A stretch of DNA of 64,000 nucleotides from Anaerolineae bacterium. GTDB taxonomy: Bacteria; Chloroflexota; Anaerolineae; UBA1429. A program made the translations under genes and the position numbers. Position 1 is the stretch's first letter; the number at the start of each line of letters is the position of its first letter. Of the stretch, positions 39,673 through 49,200 are shown piece by piece. The notes beneath the pieces are model-generated. The model had not been told where the DNA came from. It made no database searches and worked only from the letters and a program-made list of their open reading frames with translations. The stretch is from positions 2,592,001 to 2,656,000 of the forward strand of contig OY776562.1 in the NCBI GenBank assembly GCA_963675785.1, written 5' to 3'.

Positions 39673-40257
39673 TTAAGGCCGTAAAACTGCCCTAATTGCC
39701 GTTGCAGCCCTGGCCCGGTGGCTCAACTGGTTCTTGGTTTTTTCGTCGAGTTCCGCCATGGTTTTGCCAAGAGTTGGCAGATAAAAGACGGGATCATAAC
39801 CAAAACCGTGTTCGCCATGGGGCTCATCAGCAATTAATCCTTCGCATGCCCCGGATGCCGTCTCTAGACGACCTTCTGGCCAAGCCACGGCGATGACACA
39901 GCAAAAACGCGCTGTTCGCTGCATGCGCGGCACATTCCGCAGCTTATCGAGCACGAGCTCAAAGCGGTCACGATCATCTAAACCCTGACCGCCGTATCGC
40001 GCCGAATACACCCCTGGCTCGCCATGTAAAGCATCCACATTCAAACCAGAGTCATCGGCCAGTGTCATCATGCCAGATATTGCCGCATACTCCTTGGCCT
40101 TGAGAATTGCATTCTCCTCAAAGGTTTGGCCAGTTTCTTCAACTTCTCCTATGATGCCTGCTTCATCAAGCGTCAAAAGTTCGTATCCCAAATCAGCCAG
40201 TAACTCGGCATATTCGCGCTTTTTGCCGGCATTGTGTGTCGCAATCAAAAGCTGCAC
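39673..40257 (-). CDS. rdgB: Non-canonical purine NTP pyrophosphatase (RdgB/HAM1)
   Basis: ATHNAGK, ADDSGL, PGVYSARY, FGYDPVF, SHR. Confidence 0.95.
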   Translation of the reverse strand: MQLLIATHNAGKKREYAELLADLGYELLTLDEAGIIGEVEETGQTFEENAILKAKEYAAISGMMTLADDSGLNVDALHGEPGVYSARYGGQGLDDRDRFELVLDKLRNVPRMQRTARFCCVIAVAWPEGRLETASGACEGLIADEPHGEHGFGYDPVFYLPTLGKTMAELDEKTKNQLSHRARAATAIRAVLRP

Positions 40258-40271
40258 CTTTTCAACTCTCC

Positions 40272-40970
40272 TCAGATTTTCTGATCTGTACGCGTCGCTC
40301 GGGAAAAGGTTAATCCATACACTTTTGAGGCCCCTGCCTCTCGTAAAGCGGCCGCTGCGGCTTCAAGAGTGGCCCCTGTCGTTAATACATCATCAACCAG
40401 CAAAACGCTAATGCCATCCAACTGTTTGTTACAGATAAAGGCATCTTGAACATTTTGCCAACGCTCCTGACGCCCCAGGCCAACCTGGCTCATCGTCTGC
40501 TTTTGCCTCACCAGGCAATCTTTATCCATCATCAGTCCCGCACGGCCTGCAATCTGGTGAGCTAAGAGTGCTGCCTGATTATACCCCCTAGAGCGCCTGC
40601 GCCTCTTGTGCAACGCTACCGGCACAACAAGGTCCACATCGATCCCAATTTGACGCCAGTAATCATACATCATCTCCCCAAGCGGCTCAGCAAGTATCCG
40701 AAGCCCCTCATACTTTAGCGCCAGAGCCGATGAGCGAGCCGGGCCGCTGTGCCAGCAGAGCGAATATACTTGATCGAGATGGGATGGAGCAAAACGCGTG
40801 CGCTGTACGTCAGAAAAGAATACCAATCCACCCTTGCATTTGGCGCAAAGCCATGCCCCCGCACAGCCGCAATGAACGCAGTGTGGTGGAAAGAAGAGAT
40901 CTGCTATTTGGTTGGTGAAACCGCTGATATAAGGCCCAATATCCACAATACTATAGTAACCGCACACCAT
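40272..40970 (-). CDS. ComF family protein (Zn ribbon + PRTase)
   Basis: CxxC..CxxC, RGYNQA, LLVDDVLTTGAT; start uncertain. Confidence 0.92.
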   Translation of the reverse strand: MVCGYYSIVDIGPYISGFTNQIADLFFPPHCVHCGCAGAWLCAKCKGGLVFFSDVQRTRFAPSHLDQVYSLCWHSGPARSSALALKYEGLRILAEPLGEMMYDYWRQIGIDVDLVVPVALHKRRRRSRGYNQAALLAHQIAGRAGLMMDKDCLVRQKQTMSQVGLGRQERWQNVQDAFICNKQLDGISVLLVDDVLTTGATLEAAAAALREAGASKVYGLTFSRATRTDQKI

Positions 40971-41268
40971 CCACTAGGCAACAGATGATTGCTCGCCAAG
41001 AGGCCCTATGTTATACTCCGACTCACATGAACGGCCCCTTGAATTACACTTGCCCCGTACTGCGTAAAGGCATCTGCTCAGGTGGAAACCCACTTGTCTG
41101 GTTATATATAATAGCGCCAATACGAATGTTTCGAGCTCGCGATTCGAAAAATGCGGATGCCGTGACGTTGTTGGATTATTCGATATCTCGGTTTCACCAA
41201 AACATCTGACCGTATAATATGCATACAGAATGGGTACACAGCGATCTGAGAACCAGAAAGGTCTCACG

Positions 41269-43338
41269 TTGAGAAATCCTTATGTGACATCACGCCCTCT
41301 TGAAGAGGGAGATCTATACACAGGCCGAGAGTCAGAATTCAAAACGCTAGATGACTACCTGCACGATGGCAAACGGCTCGTACTCGTATTCGGTGCCCCG
41401 CGTGTTGGCAAAACATCGTTCCTCAAACAGCTTGCCCGCGTAGGCATTGGCGCATATCACATTCACATCACCCAGCTACCCTCTGCCCCCAACCTATTGA
41501 CGGGTTTATTGCTTGGCATTCACTCTGCTCTAGGGGGTCCGCTCCCCGGAGTATGCCAAACTGTCACAGAGGCCAAAGACTATATCCTGAGCATCAAGAA
41601 AAAGAATGAAGAAACGCTGATTTGTATCGATGGCCTGGAACCTGCCGATCTGCCCACATCACAGGCTCTTGAAGATATTGCCTGGACGCTCAGCGCAGCC
41701 GGCGGCGTCTCGGTCATCGTCACGGTTCGCGGTTTGCCCTCTCAACTCAGCTGGAGCGCCATCGGTATTCCGTATGTGGTCATTCCTCCTTTCACCGAGC
41801 AAGAAACTGCTGACACCCTCATGGTTCCAGTACGCGGTATCCTCGCCTATGACCTCGATGTGGTTCACCAGATTCACCGTTTTTCTGGCGGTATACCCTA
41901 CTATGTACAGATCTTTGGCAGCTTGATCTTTGAGAAACGAGCCGCCAAAGGCTGGGTGGGTAAGGCTGAAGCAGAAGAAACTCTGCCCCAAGTGTTACGA
42001 ATGGCCGATGAAGAACTCAAGATACTTTGGGATCAGTGCACGAGAATTCAACAGGTTGTACTATGCGCACTAGCCGAGATGAAGGGATTTCATGGCGTCG
42101 CTTCACCCGACGATGTCATGGTCTATATTCGGCGTCAGCAGTACAACGTTTCATTGGAAAAGATAAGATCTGCCTACGACCAACTGCTGCGCTCGGGGTT
42201 ACTCAAGCAATTGGGGGGCTCTACAGCCCGTTTTGAGAGCGAACTACTTCGACGTTGGGTACAAATCCATGTAAGCTGTGAGGATGTCCTTAAAAAGGCC
42301 AATCTCCACCGCGTTAGTGAGCCCAAGCAGGAAAATTTTCGGCGCCGTGAGGTTGACTGGGTAGGCGTGCTGCTTTGGATCATTGCCATCGTTCTTATTA
42401 TCGGGGTGACTTGGATTTGGCGGTCAAGGGAGACCAACATCTCTATCGGAGACCCTGCCGATGTTTCTTCGGTGAATGGAACTCTTTTGCCAGGAACCGG
42501 CCCCACACCCGAGATTGCTGCAGCCAGTGATGGTAGTCAGGGGCAAATCACTTATCAGTCTCGTAGCGATTCCAGCGATGACTGGGATATCTATGTCATG
42601 GAGGCGGACGGCAGCAATCCCACACAGTTGACCACAGATATGGCAGAAGATACTTTACCGCAGTTCTCGCCCGATGGAAGCAAGATTGCTTTTGTTAGCG
42701 ATCGCGATGGCAACCGCGAGATATATGTGATGGATGCAGACGGCAGCAATCAGAGCAACCTAACGCGTTCTTCTGGCGATGACTGGGATCCCACATGGTC
42801 GCCAGATGGGGAGTACCTTGCCTTTTCGTCATTCCGAGATGGTGATTGGGACATTTATATTTGTAAAGCCGACGGCAGCAACGTAACCCAGCTCACTACC
42901 ATGGATTCGGCTGAACGCGCACCATCCTGGTCGCCTGACGGCCAGAGAATCGCCTTTATGTCGGATGCAATGGGCAATTGGGACATTTATTCCATGGCCT
43001 CTAATGGTGCCGATATGGTGCAACTCACTGTGGATTCCTCAACGGACCAGTACCCAAGATGGTCGCCCTACGGACAATATCTATTGTGGGGCAGCTATCG
43101 CGATGGGAACATGGAGATATATGTCGCTTTGACCGATGGTAACGACAAGCGCGCTGTTAGTCTGGATGCAGAAGCAGACGACCAGGCAGGAGCCTGGTCG
43201 CCATGGGGTACTGATATCGTTTACTATAGCAATGTCGATGGTGGATGGGACATTATCGTGCTTAACCTAGAAACAGGTGATAAAACCAACCTCACCTCAA
43301 GCACTGCAGAAGAGCAATGGCCCTCGTGGGGACCTTGA
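41269..43338 (+). CDS. P-loop (STAND/AAA-like) ATPase - TM helix - TolB-like PD40 beta-propeller protein
   Basis: NPY..SRPL, GAPRVGKTS, SGGIPY, TM helix WVGVLLWIIAIVLIIGVTWIW, repeated P.WSPDG..IAF.S..DG..DIY.M..DG. Confidence 0.8.
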   Translation: MRNPYVTSRPLEEGDLYTGRESEFKTLDDYLHDGKRLVLVFGAPRVGKTSFLKQLARVGIGAYHIHITQLPSAPNLLTGLLLGIHSALGGPLPGVCQTVTEAKDYILSIKKKNEETLICIDGLEPADLPTSQALEDIAWTLSAAGGVSVIVTVRGLPSQLSWSAIGIPYVVIPPFTEQETADTLMVPVRGILAYDLDVVHQIHRFSGGIPYYVQIFGSLIFEKRAAKGWVGKAEAEETLPQVLRMADEELKILWDQCTRIQQVVLCALAEMKGFHGVASPDDVMVYIRRQQYNVSLEKIRSAYDQLLRSGLLKQLGGSTARFESELLRRWVQIHVSCEDVLKKANLHRVSEPKQENFRRREVDWVGVLLWIIAIVLIIGVTWIWRSRETNISIGDPADVSSVNGTLLPGTGPTPEIAAASDGSQGQITYQSRSDSSDDWDIYVMEADGSNPTQLTTDMAEDTLPQFSPDGSKIAFVSDRDGNREIYVMDADGSNQSNLTRSSGDDWDPTWSPDGEYLAFSSFRDGDWDIYICKADGSNVTQLTTMDSAERAPSWSPDGQRIAFMSDAMGNWDIYSMASNGADMVQLTVDSSTDQYPRWSPYGQYLLWGSYRDGNMEIYVALTDGNDKRAVSLDAEADDQAGAWSPWGTDIVYYSNVDGGWDIIVLNLETGDKTNLTSSTAEEQWPSWGP

Positions 43339-43349
43339 GTTTGGTTGTT

Positions 43350-43601
43350 CTAGGCTAACGATGAGAACAACATCTCGATAACTTGAAGCACGACAATGGC
43401 CACCATTGGGGAAAGATCCATGCCACCAACAGGTGGAATGAGGTTCCGCAACGGGCTCAGGATCGGCTCGGTTGCCGAGTAGATAATCTGGTAAAAAGTG
43501 CCTTCACGGGAAATTGGGAACCACGACAAGAGGGCACGAAAGATGATCAGAGCGCTCAATAACTCTGCAACGACAACAATAAAGCTTATCAAATATCCCA
43601 T
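43350..43601 (-). CDS. YggT family membrane protein
   Basis: LLSWFP, TEPILSPLR..IPPVGGMDLSP. Confidence 0.92.
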   Translation of the reverse strand: MGYLISFIVVVAELLSALIIFRALLSWFPISREGTFYQIIYSATEPILSPLRNLIPPVGGMDLSPMVAIVVLQVIEMLFSSLA

Positions 43602-43604
43602 AAA

Positions 43605-44432
43605 CTAGTTCTCTCCTAGCTCCTTTGCACGTTTGAATGCTGCAAAAACTGCTTTACCCACTGTGGCTCGCAGCTTACCGTCCTCTAGCTCGAACAGCCC
43701 TGCAGCCGTTGTGCCTCCCGGAGAAGTCACTTGATTGCGCAACATGGCCACGTGCTGTGGCGATTGAGCGGCATACATCGCCGAACCGCGCACCGTTTCG
43801 ATGGCCAGCTTGGTAGCCACATCCCGAGAAAAGCCCAATTGTACCCCTGCATCTGCCAACGCTTCGATAAACATAAAGACATACGCCGGCCCAGAGCCAC
43901 TCAAAGCCGTCGCCATATCCAAATAAGATTCCTTTTCCACATAGATCTGTTCTCCCAAAGCAGAAAGTAGCTGTCCAGCCATCTCTTTCTGCTCTGAAAA
44001 CACTCCTGCCGACGTTGTCCACACCGATATACCCTCGCCGATTTGGGCGGGCGTATTGGGCATTACTCGAACGATAGCAGATTGGCCAAGATCTAGCCCC
44101 AAACCGGAAGCAATTGTCTTCATTGTGGCCCCGGCGACAATAGAGAGAATCAGATAATCCGCGCATTTGCCCGCAAGAGGTTCTAGCACGCGACTGAGCA
44201 CTTGTGGCTTGACGGCCAGCACCAGAAACTTGACTACATCAAGCACATCCTCGTTAGCAGCATACGTTCTGATTCCCAATTCGTTTTCCAGGTAAGCGCG
44301 GCGCTCTGCATTGGGCTCGCCAACATGAATCGAGCTGGGATCGACCAACTGTTGGCGTATAGCCCCACGCACAATCGCTTCGGCCATGGTGCCGCCGCCG
44401 ATGACGCCGATAGCTGCTAGAGTCTGAGTCAT
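43605..44432 (-). CDS. proC: Pyrroline-5-carboxylate reductase
   Basis: IGGGTMA, AVKPQ, RVMPNTP, SGSGPAY, VTSPGGTT. Confidence 0.96.
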   Translation of the reverse strand: MTQTLAAIGVIGGGTMAEAIVRGAIRQQLVDPSSIHVGEPNAERRAYLENELGIRTYAANEDVLDVVKFLVLAVKPQVLSRVLEPLAGKCADYLILSIVAGATMKTIASGLGLDLGQSAIVRVMPNTPAQIGEGISVWTTSAGVFSEQKEMAGQLLSALGEQIYVEKESYLDMATALSGSGPAYVFMFIEALADAGVQLGFSRDVATKLAIETVRGSAMYAAQSPQHVAMLRNQVTSPGGTTAAGLFELEDGKLRATVGKAVFAAFKRAKELGEN

Positions 44433-44436
44433 GCCT

Positions 44437-45162
44437 TTATACCTCCCGCGGGCCGAACAGGGCTCGCCCCACTCGTATCAAAGTGGAACCTTCTGCAATA
44501 GCAATCTCGTAATCATCCGTCATACCCATGGAAAGCTCACTCCATGAGCTAAAAGAAGCCGCACGTACACACTCTTCTGCCAACAGCCGCGCACGCGCGA
44601 AAACCTCGTGTAAAGTATGCTCATCAACTCCCTGGGGCGCCATGGTCATCAATCCACGTACATCCAGATGGTCGAGAGGCTCGAAAGCCTCAAGTTGAGA
44701 GAGAAACTTGGCTTTGCTGAATACGTCCGCTGCCGAGAATCCGTATTTCGATTCTTCGCCAGACACATTCACCTCAAGAAACACTGGCAACGGGCTCTGC
44801 CGCTCTGCCGCAAAGCGATTTAGACGCTGCGCCAACTTGAGCGAATCTACAGAATGCACGACAGAAAAGAGCTGTACTACATCCTCGGCCTTGCGGCTTT
44901 GAATGTGGCCAATCATATCCCACCGCACCTCGATATCCGGGCGCATATGGCTCACTGTTGGGATCTTGACTTCGGCCTCTTCAACGCGGTTCTCCCCAAG
45001 CACGACAAGCCGCGCATCGAGAGCCTCAACCACTTCTTCGGGCGTGCGAGTTTTGGTGACAGCAACAAGAGTCACCTCATCTGGGCTTCGATCTGCCTTC
45101 TCGCAGGCACACCGCATTTTCTCTCGCACGTCACCCAAGTTGCGTCGAATCACAGAACTCAA
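44437..45162 (-). CDS. yggS: PLP homeostasis protein YggS
   Basis: VAVTK, GENRVEE, IGHIQSRK, GLMTMAP, LSMGMT, RVGRALFG. Confidence 0.94.
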   Translation of the reverse strand: MSSVIRRNLGDVREKMRCACEKADRSPDEVTLVAVTKTRTPEEVVEALDARLVVLGENRVEEAEVKIPTVSHMRPDIEVRWDMIGHIQSRKAEDVVQLFSVVHSVDSLKLAQRLNRFAAERQSPLPVFLEVNVSGEESKYGFSAADVFSKAKFLSQLEAFEPLDHLDVRGLMTMAPQGVDEHTLHEVFARARLLAEECVRAASFSSWSELSMGMTDDYEIAIAEGSTLIRVGRALFGPREV

Positions 45163-45163
45163 A

Positions 45164-45952
45164 TCATTCCCCCTTTAGGCCGATAAGAGCAGCAAACCGG
45201 CCAGCGTGCCCTCCGCTTGCCCGATGGGAAAAGAATCTATCACTATGGCATGCCGTGCAAATACGCGCAACCTCGATATGCCGGACACCGGCATTTTCGA
45301 GCTGAGCGGCGTTGGCCTGCCACAAATCGACATAAGGCTTACCCGAGGATTGCCACACTATCACGCTTTCCGGTATGGCAGAATTAGCTTTCATAGCCTC
45401 CACCACATCTGGGCCCACCTCATAACAGCAAGGGCCAATGGAAGGGCCAATCACAGCAATTAAATCCGCTGGATTGCAATCAAACTCTCGCTGAAGGGCC
45501 TCAACAGTATGCCCTACTACACCGTTGGCTGTGCCACGCCAACCCGCGTGAGCAATGCCCGCAACGTGCTTGTGCGGGTCATAAAACAAAATGGGCACGC
45601 AGTCGGCAAAACGCATCAGCATAAACACGTTGGTATCAGATGTAACCATACCGTCGGCATTGCCTAGGACCGCACCAGCATTCTCGCGGCCAACTCGCAC
45701 TACCTGGTTGCCGTGAACCTGATGAACAGAAACCACATCCGCCTGGCTGATACCCAAAGCACGGCACAGACGCTTGTGGTTCTCGCTCACATTTTGAGCA
45801 TCGTCACCCACATTGCTGCCCAGATTGAGCGTATTCCACGGAGCCGGGCTAACGCCACCAAACCTCTCGCTGACTGCCTGAACCAATGAATAAGGCTCGA
45901 GCAATGTTGAGCGGTAAAAATGGATGCCTGACGTATGCGTCGCTTCGTTCAC
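45164..45952 (-). CDS. pgeF: PgeF/YfiH family purine nucleoside phosphorylase / peptidoglycan editing factor
   Basis: QVHG, ADCVP, HAGWRG, GPSIGPCCYEV, CTAC..FFSHR. Confidence 0.93.
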   Translation of the reverse strand: MNEATHTSGIHFYRSTLLEPYSLVQAVSERFGGVSPAPWNTLNLGSNVGDDAQNVSENHKRLCRALGISQADVVSVHQVHGNQVVRVGRENAGAVLGNADGMVTSDTNVFMLMRFADCVPILFYDPHKHVAGIAHAGWRGTANGVVGHTVEALQREFDCNPADLIAVIGPSIGPCCYEVGPDVVEAMKANSAIPESVIVWQSSGKPYVDLWQANAAQLENAGVRHIEVARICTACHSDRFFSHRASGGHAGRFAALIGLKGE

Positions 45953-46036
45953 TCCAACTCCATCTGCAAAATGAGCGGCTTAATCATCGATGATAGATGC
46001 CGGCTCCGAGAGTGTCAAACAGCCGCCTGAAGCATT

Positions 46037-46065
46037 TTGACACACGCATCGGCAGAACTTACACT
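46037..46065 (+). promoter_or_regulatory. rnpB promoter
   Basis: TTGACA-17 nt-TACACT just upstream of the RNA 5' end. Confidence 0.7.
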
Positions 46066-46071
46066 GAATAA

Positions 46072-46437
46072 GAGTGGGCCGGGCAGTCGCGTGGCGGCAT
46101 TTGCCGTCCCGAGGAAAGTCCGAACTCCATAGAGCACGCTGCTGGGTAACACCCAGGCGGGGCAACCCGACGGCAAGTGCAACAGAAAGCAGAAACGCCC
46201 CGGCTTTGGCCGGGGTAAGCGTGAAACGGTGGTGTAAGAGACCACCAGCAGGCCAGGTAACTGGTCTGGCTAGGCAAACCCCAGCGGGAGCAAAACCAAG
46301 CATGGAGCGAGCGAATTTATTCGCGACGGACGGCTCGTTCGCGCTCTGGGTAGGTTGCTCGAGGCGGCAAGTAATTGCCGCCCTAGATAGATGGCTGCCT
46401 CCCTTTTGGGAACAGAATTCGGCTTATAGGCCCACTC
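46072..46437 (+). ncRNA. rnpB: RNase P RNA (type A-like)
   Basis: GAGGAAAGTCCGAACTC, AGTGCAACAGAAAG, GGTGTAAGAG, GGAGCAA, AACAGAATTCGGCTTA; P1 helix GAGTGGGCC/GGCCCACTC. Confidence 0.96.
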
Positions 46438-46461
46438 AACCTTTTTTTTGTAATATTCCCC

Positions 46462-46490
46462 TTGCAAAGCATACCCCCCTATAGTATAAT
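46462..46490 (+). promoter_or_regulatory. Promoter P1 of ferritin/encapsulin locus with CsoR-type operator 2 (ATACCCCCCTATAGTAT, 46471-46487)
   Basis: TTGCAA-17 nt-TATAAT; operator matches 23878-23894 at 16 of 17 positions. Confidence 0.75.
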
Positions 46491-46541
46491 GGTGCCGATC
46501 AGTTATGGGCACAATGCTCTATCAGGCTCGTTCTTAATACC

Positions 46542-46570
46542 TTGACCTTGCATTTCGCAACAGTTATACT
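46542..46570 (+). promoter_or_regulatory. Second promoter P2 of the locus
   Basis: TTGACC-17 nt-TATACT; TTGC-N5-GCAA inverted repeat in the spacer. Confidence 0.55.
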
Positions 46571-46618
46571 TTTTATGTTAGCTTTTTCATATCTCTCGCC
46601 GTTCAAGTTGAGGAAACT

Positions 46619-47074
46619 ATGCCTGCGTTCTCTGATATTCTCCGCATAGCTATCCGCCGGGAAATGGATAGTTATGCCCTGTATACGCAAACCGCCGAAA
46701 TGGTGGAATCGTCCTCCGGCAAAGAGCTCCTTCACGATCTTGCCAAACAAGAGGCCCTGCACCGCGAAAAACTGGAACAGCTTTTGGAGACAGGATCGGT
46801 CGATCTCGATTCCAACGCTGAAAAGCGCGTTGTCGATCTCAAAATCACCGATTATCTGGTCGAACCCCAGTTAGAACGTGGCTCAGACTTTCAACAAATT
46901 CTTATTGTTGCTGCTAAACGGGAAAAGGCCGCCTACGATCTGTATCTTGCCATGGGGCAGGTTACAGAAGACAGCCAGATCCGTAGCCTTTTCGAGTTTC
47001 TCGCCGGCCAAGAACTGGAGCACAAACAGAGGCTCGAAATCTTTTATGACGACATCGTTCTACGCGAAAACTAG
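46619..47074 (+). CDS. Rubrerythrin-like ferritin-family protein (no rubredoxin domain)
   Basis: AIRRE..Y, QEALH, AAKRE..Y, QELEH diiron motifs. Confidence 0.88.
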   Translation: MPAFSDILRIAIRREMDSYALYTQTAEMVESSSGKELLHDLAKQEALHREKLEQLLETGSVDLDSNAEKRVVDLKITDYLVEPQLERGSDFQQILIVAAKREKAAYDLYLAMGQVTEDSQIRSLFEFLAGQELEHKQRLEIFYDDIVLREN

Positions 47075-47094
47075 CAATTGAGGAGTAAGAAACA

Positions 47095-47256
47095 ATGAAA
47101 TGGGAATGCCTGGTTTGTGGCTGGATTTACGACCCCGCTGTGGGCGATCCTGATGGCGGCATTGAACCCGGTGTCGCCTTTGAAGACCTCCCAGATGACT
47201 GGGTGTGCCCTGAGTGTGGTGCGACCAAAGACATGTTTGAGGCTATCGAGGAATAA
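47095..47256 (+). CDS. Rubredoxin (53 aa; absent from the ORF track)
   Basis: [53 protein letters not shown]; SD GAGGAG. Confidence 0.96.
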   Translation: MKWECLVCGWIYDPAVGDPDGGIEPGVAFEDLPDDWVCPECGATKDMFEAIEE

Positions 47257-47409
47257 GCTTTGCAATTGCGCCCCAAAAAAACGCTGATCAGCAGTCAGAT
47301 AGCCTAGCAGAAAAGAACGTTAGGCAAAACGGGTGCTTGCGTATGTGCCCAGTAGCCGATGTCTTTTGGGCATCTTTTTCATTATGTAAAGACTAGAGAC
47401 GGAGGCATT

Positions 47410-48333
47410 ATGCAGGACAAGATCATAGAAATGCTGCGCGCAGACATGCGCGGCGAGCATCAAGCCATCATACAATACCTGTTCCACGCCTATGCCATGG
47501 GTGAAGGCGAACTGGCCTGTGAAATCGAAGCCATCGCCCGCGAGGAAATGCGCCACCTCGATTGGTTGGCCGACGCCATCATCGAACTTGGCGGAGATCC
47601 TTCCATGGACCGTGACCCCGTTGATTTTGCCATGGACCTTGTAAGCGCTCAGATGGCCAAAGATGTCATTCTTGAAGAAAGGGCCATTGCTCAATACCGC
47701 GCTCATATGGAAGCCATTGAGGACGAAAAAATTCGCCGTCTTTTGGCGCGCATCGTCCATGACGAGGAATCGCACCATGGCGATTTTGAGCACTTTGTCG
47801 AAAAAACCGCAGCAGAAGAACAAGCAACCGAAGGCGCCGAGGCACCCGCTCCCTCTCCCATGGCTCAGCGCTTGGCTGAGATCCTGAACCAGGGTATTCA
47901 CCACGAGTACAGCGTTCTTTTACAATATATTTTCCATTCGTTCGTTGCACCAGATAAGGAACGGGCGGAAGAGCTACAGAACATAGGCATCAATGAGATG
48001 CAACACATGGGCTGGCTTGCTGAGGAAATGATGGGCATGGGAGGAATGCCCATATTTGAGCATGGCGATCTCGTGCTTACCCATGATATGGAAGAGGCAT
48101 TGGAAGCTGATATTGAGGTCGAGCGCGAGGTGACTAACACCTACAGTCGACAGATTCCCGAAATCGATGACCCCGGCATCAAGAGCCTTATCGAGCGCAT
48201 TCGAGACCACGAGATCTATCACGATGCCGTCTTTACCGATCTACTGGAAGAAACGCGCGAGCAGGAACCAGAGAAGAAACCTGAAGACAAAAAGACGTCA
48301 ACCCCACCCAGCGTGGGTAGTCTTAAAAAGTAG
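47410..48333 (+). CDS. Tandem bacterioferritin-like protein; encapsulin cargo with C-terminal targeting peptide
   Basis: Two four-helix bundles (E..AI.QY..H, EEMRH/NEMQH, DEESH/HEIYH); charged linker ending PPSVGSLKK. Confidence 0.88.
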   Translation: MQDKIIEMLRADMRGEHQAIIQYLFHAYAMGEGELACEIEAIAREEMRHLDWLADAIIELGGDPSMDRDPVDFAMDLVSAQMAKDVILEERAIAQYRAHMEAIEDEKIRRLLARIVHDEESHHGDFEHFVEKTAAEEQATEGAEAPAPSPMAQRLAEILNQGIHHEYSVLLQYIFHSFVAPDKERAEELQNIGINEMQHMGWLAEEMMGMGGMPIFEHGDLVLTHDMEEALEADIEVEREVTNTYSRQIPEIDDPGIKSLIERIRDHEIYHDAVFTDLLEETREQEPEKKPEDKKTSTPPSVGSLKK

Positions 48334-48347
48334 CCCAGGAGGGCAAT

Positions 48348-49130
48348 ATGGCTGATTATTTGATGCGTGAAACAGCTCCCTTTGATCTAGAAGATTGGGC
48401 CAAAATCGACGAGATGGTCGTCACAGTGGCCAAAAAAGAACTCGTAGGCCGCAAGGTACTCGATATGGTGGGTCCCCTGGGCTGGGGTACTGAAGTTGCC
48501 CCGTTGTTCGGTTTTGAACAAAAGGACGGCTCGTCCGTCATCTCAGAGAAGACGACTTATGCCCCACTGGAGACGCTTCAGGCAGATTTCCAGCTTCGCG
48601 CCAAGCAATTGGCCGTGCGCGATCAAACCTCCTTCAAGATGGATCTCGGGGCTGTTGCCATCGCCGCCTCGCAATTGGTCCGTGCTGAAGATGCTCTCAT
48701 CATGGGCGCTTTGAAAAAAGCAGGCAAAACCAAGGCACCCTTGGGCGATTGGGACACCATTGGTGGTCCGTTTGCTGCTATCTCTGCTGCCATTGCCACC
48801 ATGCGAGATAACGGCTTTGCCTCGCCCTTTACATTGGTCATGAGCCAGGCACACTATGCCAAACTAGCCAGCCTCATGTCGCAGGGACGCCGTGAAATCG
48901 AGATGATCAAGGCACTGGCAGATGGCGGCATTTTCGCCACCACCAGCCTGACAGCGAATGATCCCGTTCTGCTGCTTTGCCCGGCCGACTGGAATATGGA
49001 CCTCGTCGTAGGTCAGGATATCGCCACGGCCTATATGGGCAACGAAGGCCTAGATCACCTCTTCCGAATTCTGGAGACACTCCTCGTGAGGGTCAAGAGG
49101 CCAGGGGCCATCTGCTTGCTCAAAGATTAA
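48348..49130 (+). CDS. Family 1 encapsulin shell protein (Linocin_M18/HK97 fold)
   Basis: YLMRETAPF...W..ID....V....LVGRK..D..GPLGWG, AED.LI, DLVVGQD..TAY, ETL..RVKRP.AI. Confidence 0.92.
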   Translation: MADYLMRETAPFDLEDWAKIDEMVVTVAKKELVGRKVLDMVGPLGWGTEVAPLFGFEQKDGSSVISEKTTYAPLETLQADFQLRAKQLAVRDQTSFKMDLGAVAIAASQLVRAEDALIMGALKKAGKTKAPLGDWDTIGGPFAAISAAIATMRDNGFASPFTLVMSQAHYAKLASLMSQGRREIEMIKALADGGIFATTSLTANDPVLLLCPADWNMDLVVGQDIATAYMGNEGLDHLFRILETLLVRVKRPGAICLLKD

Positions 49131-49134
49131 GAAA

Positions 49135-49163
49135 ACAGAGGGCCGCGCATGCGGCCCTTTTGT
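49135..49163 (+). terminator. Terminator-like hairpin after encapsulin
   Basis: GAGGGCCGC-gcat-GCGGCCCTTTT. Confidence 0.65.
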
Positions 49164-49200
49164 CATCTCCTCAACGCGATACACCAAAGGAGACCCGTTT

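Noticed and set aside
42550-43335. Repeated DNA words as a CRISPR or tandem repeat array
   Set aside because: Degenerate in-frame PD40 protein repeats; no identical repeats with unique spacers, and no cas genes
45980-46512. Several short ORFs
   Set aside because: They overlap the RNase P RNA gene
48348-49130. HK97-fold protein as a phage capsid
   Set aside because: No terminase, portal or protease; the upstream cargo with targeting peptide identifies an encapsulin
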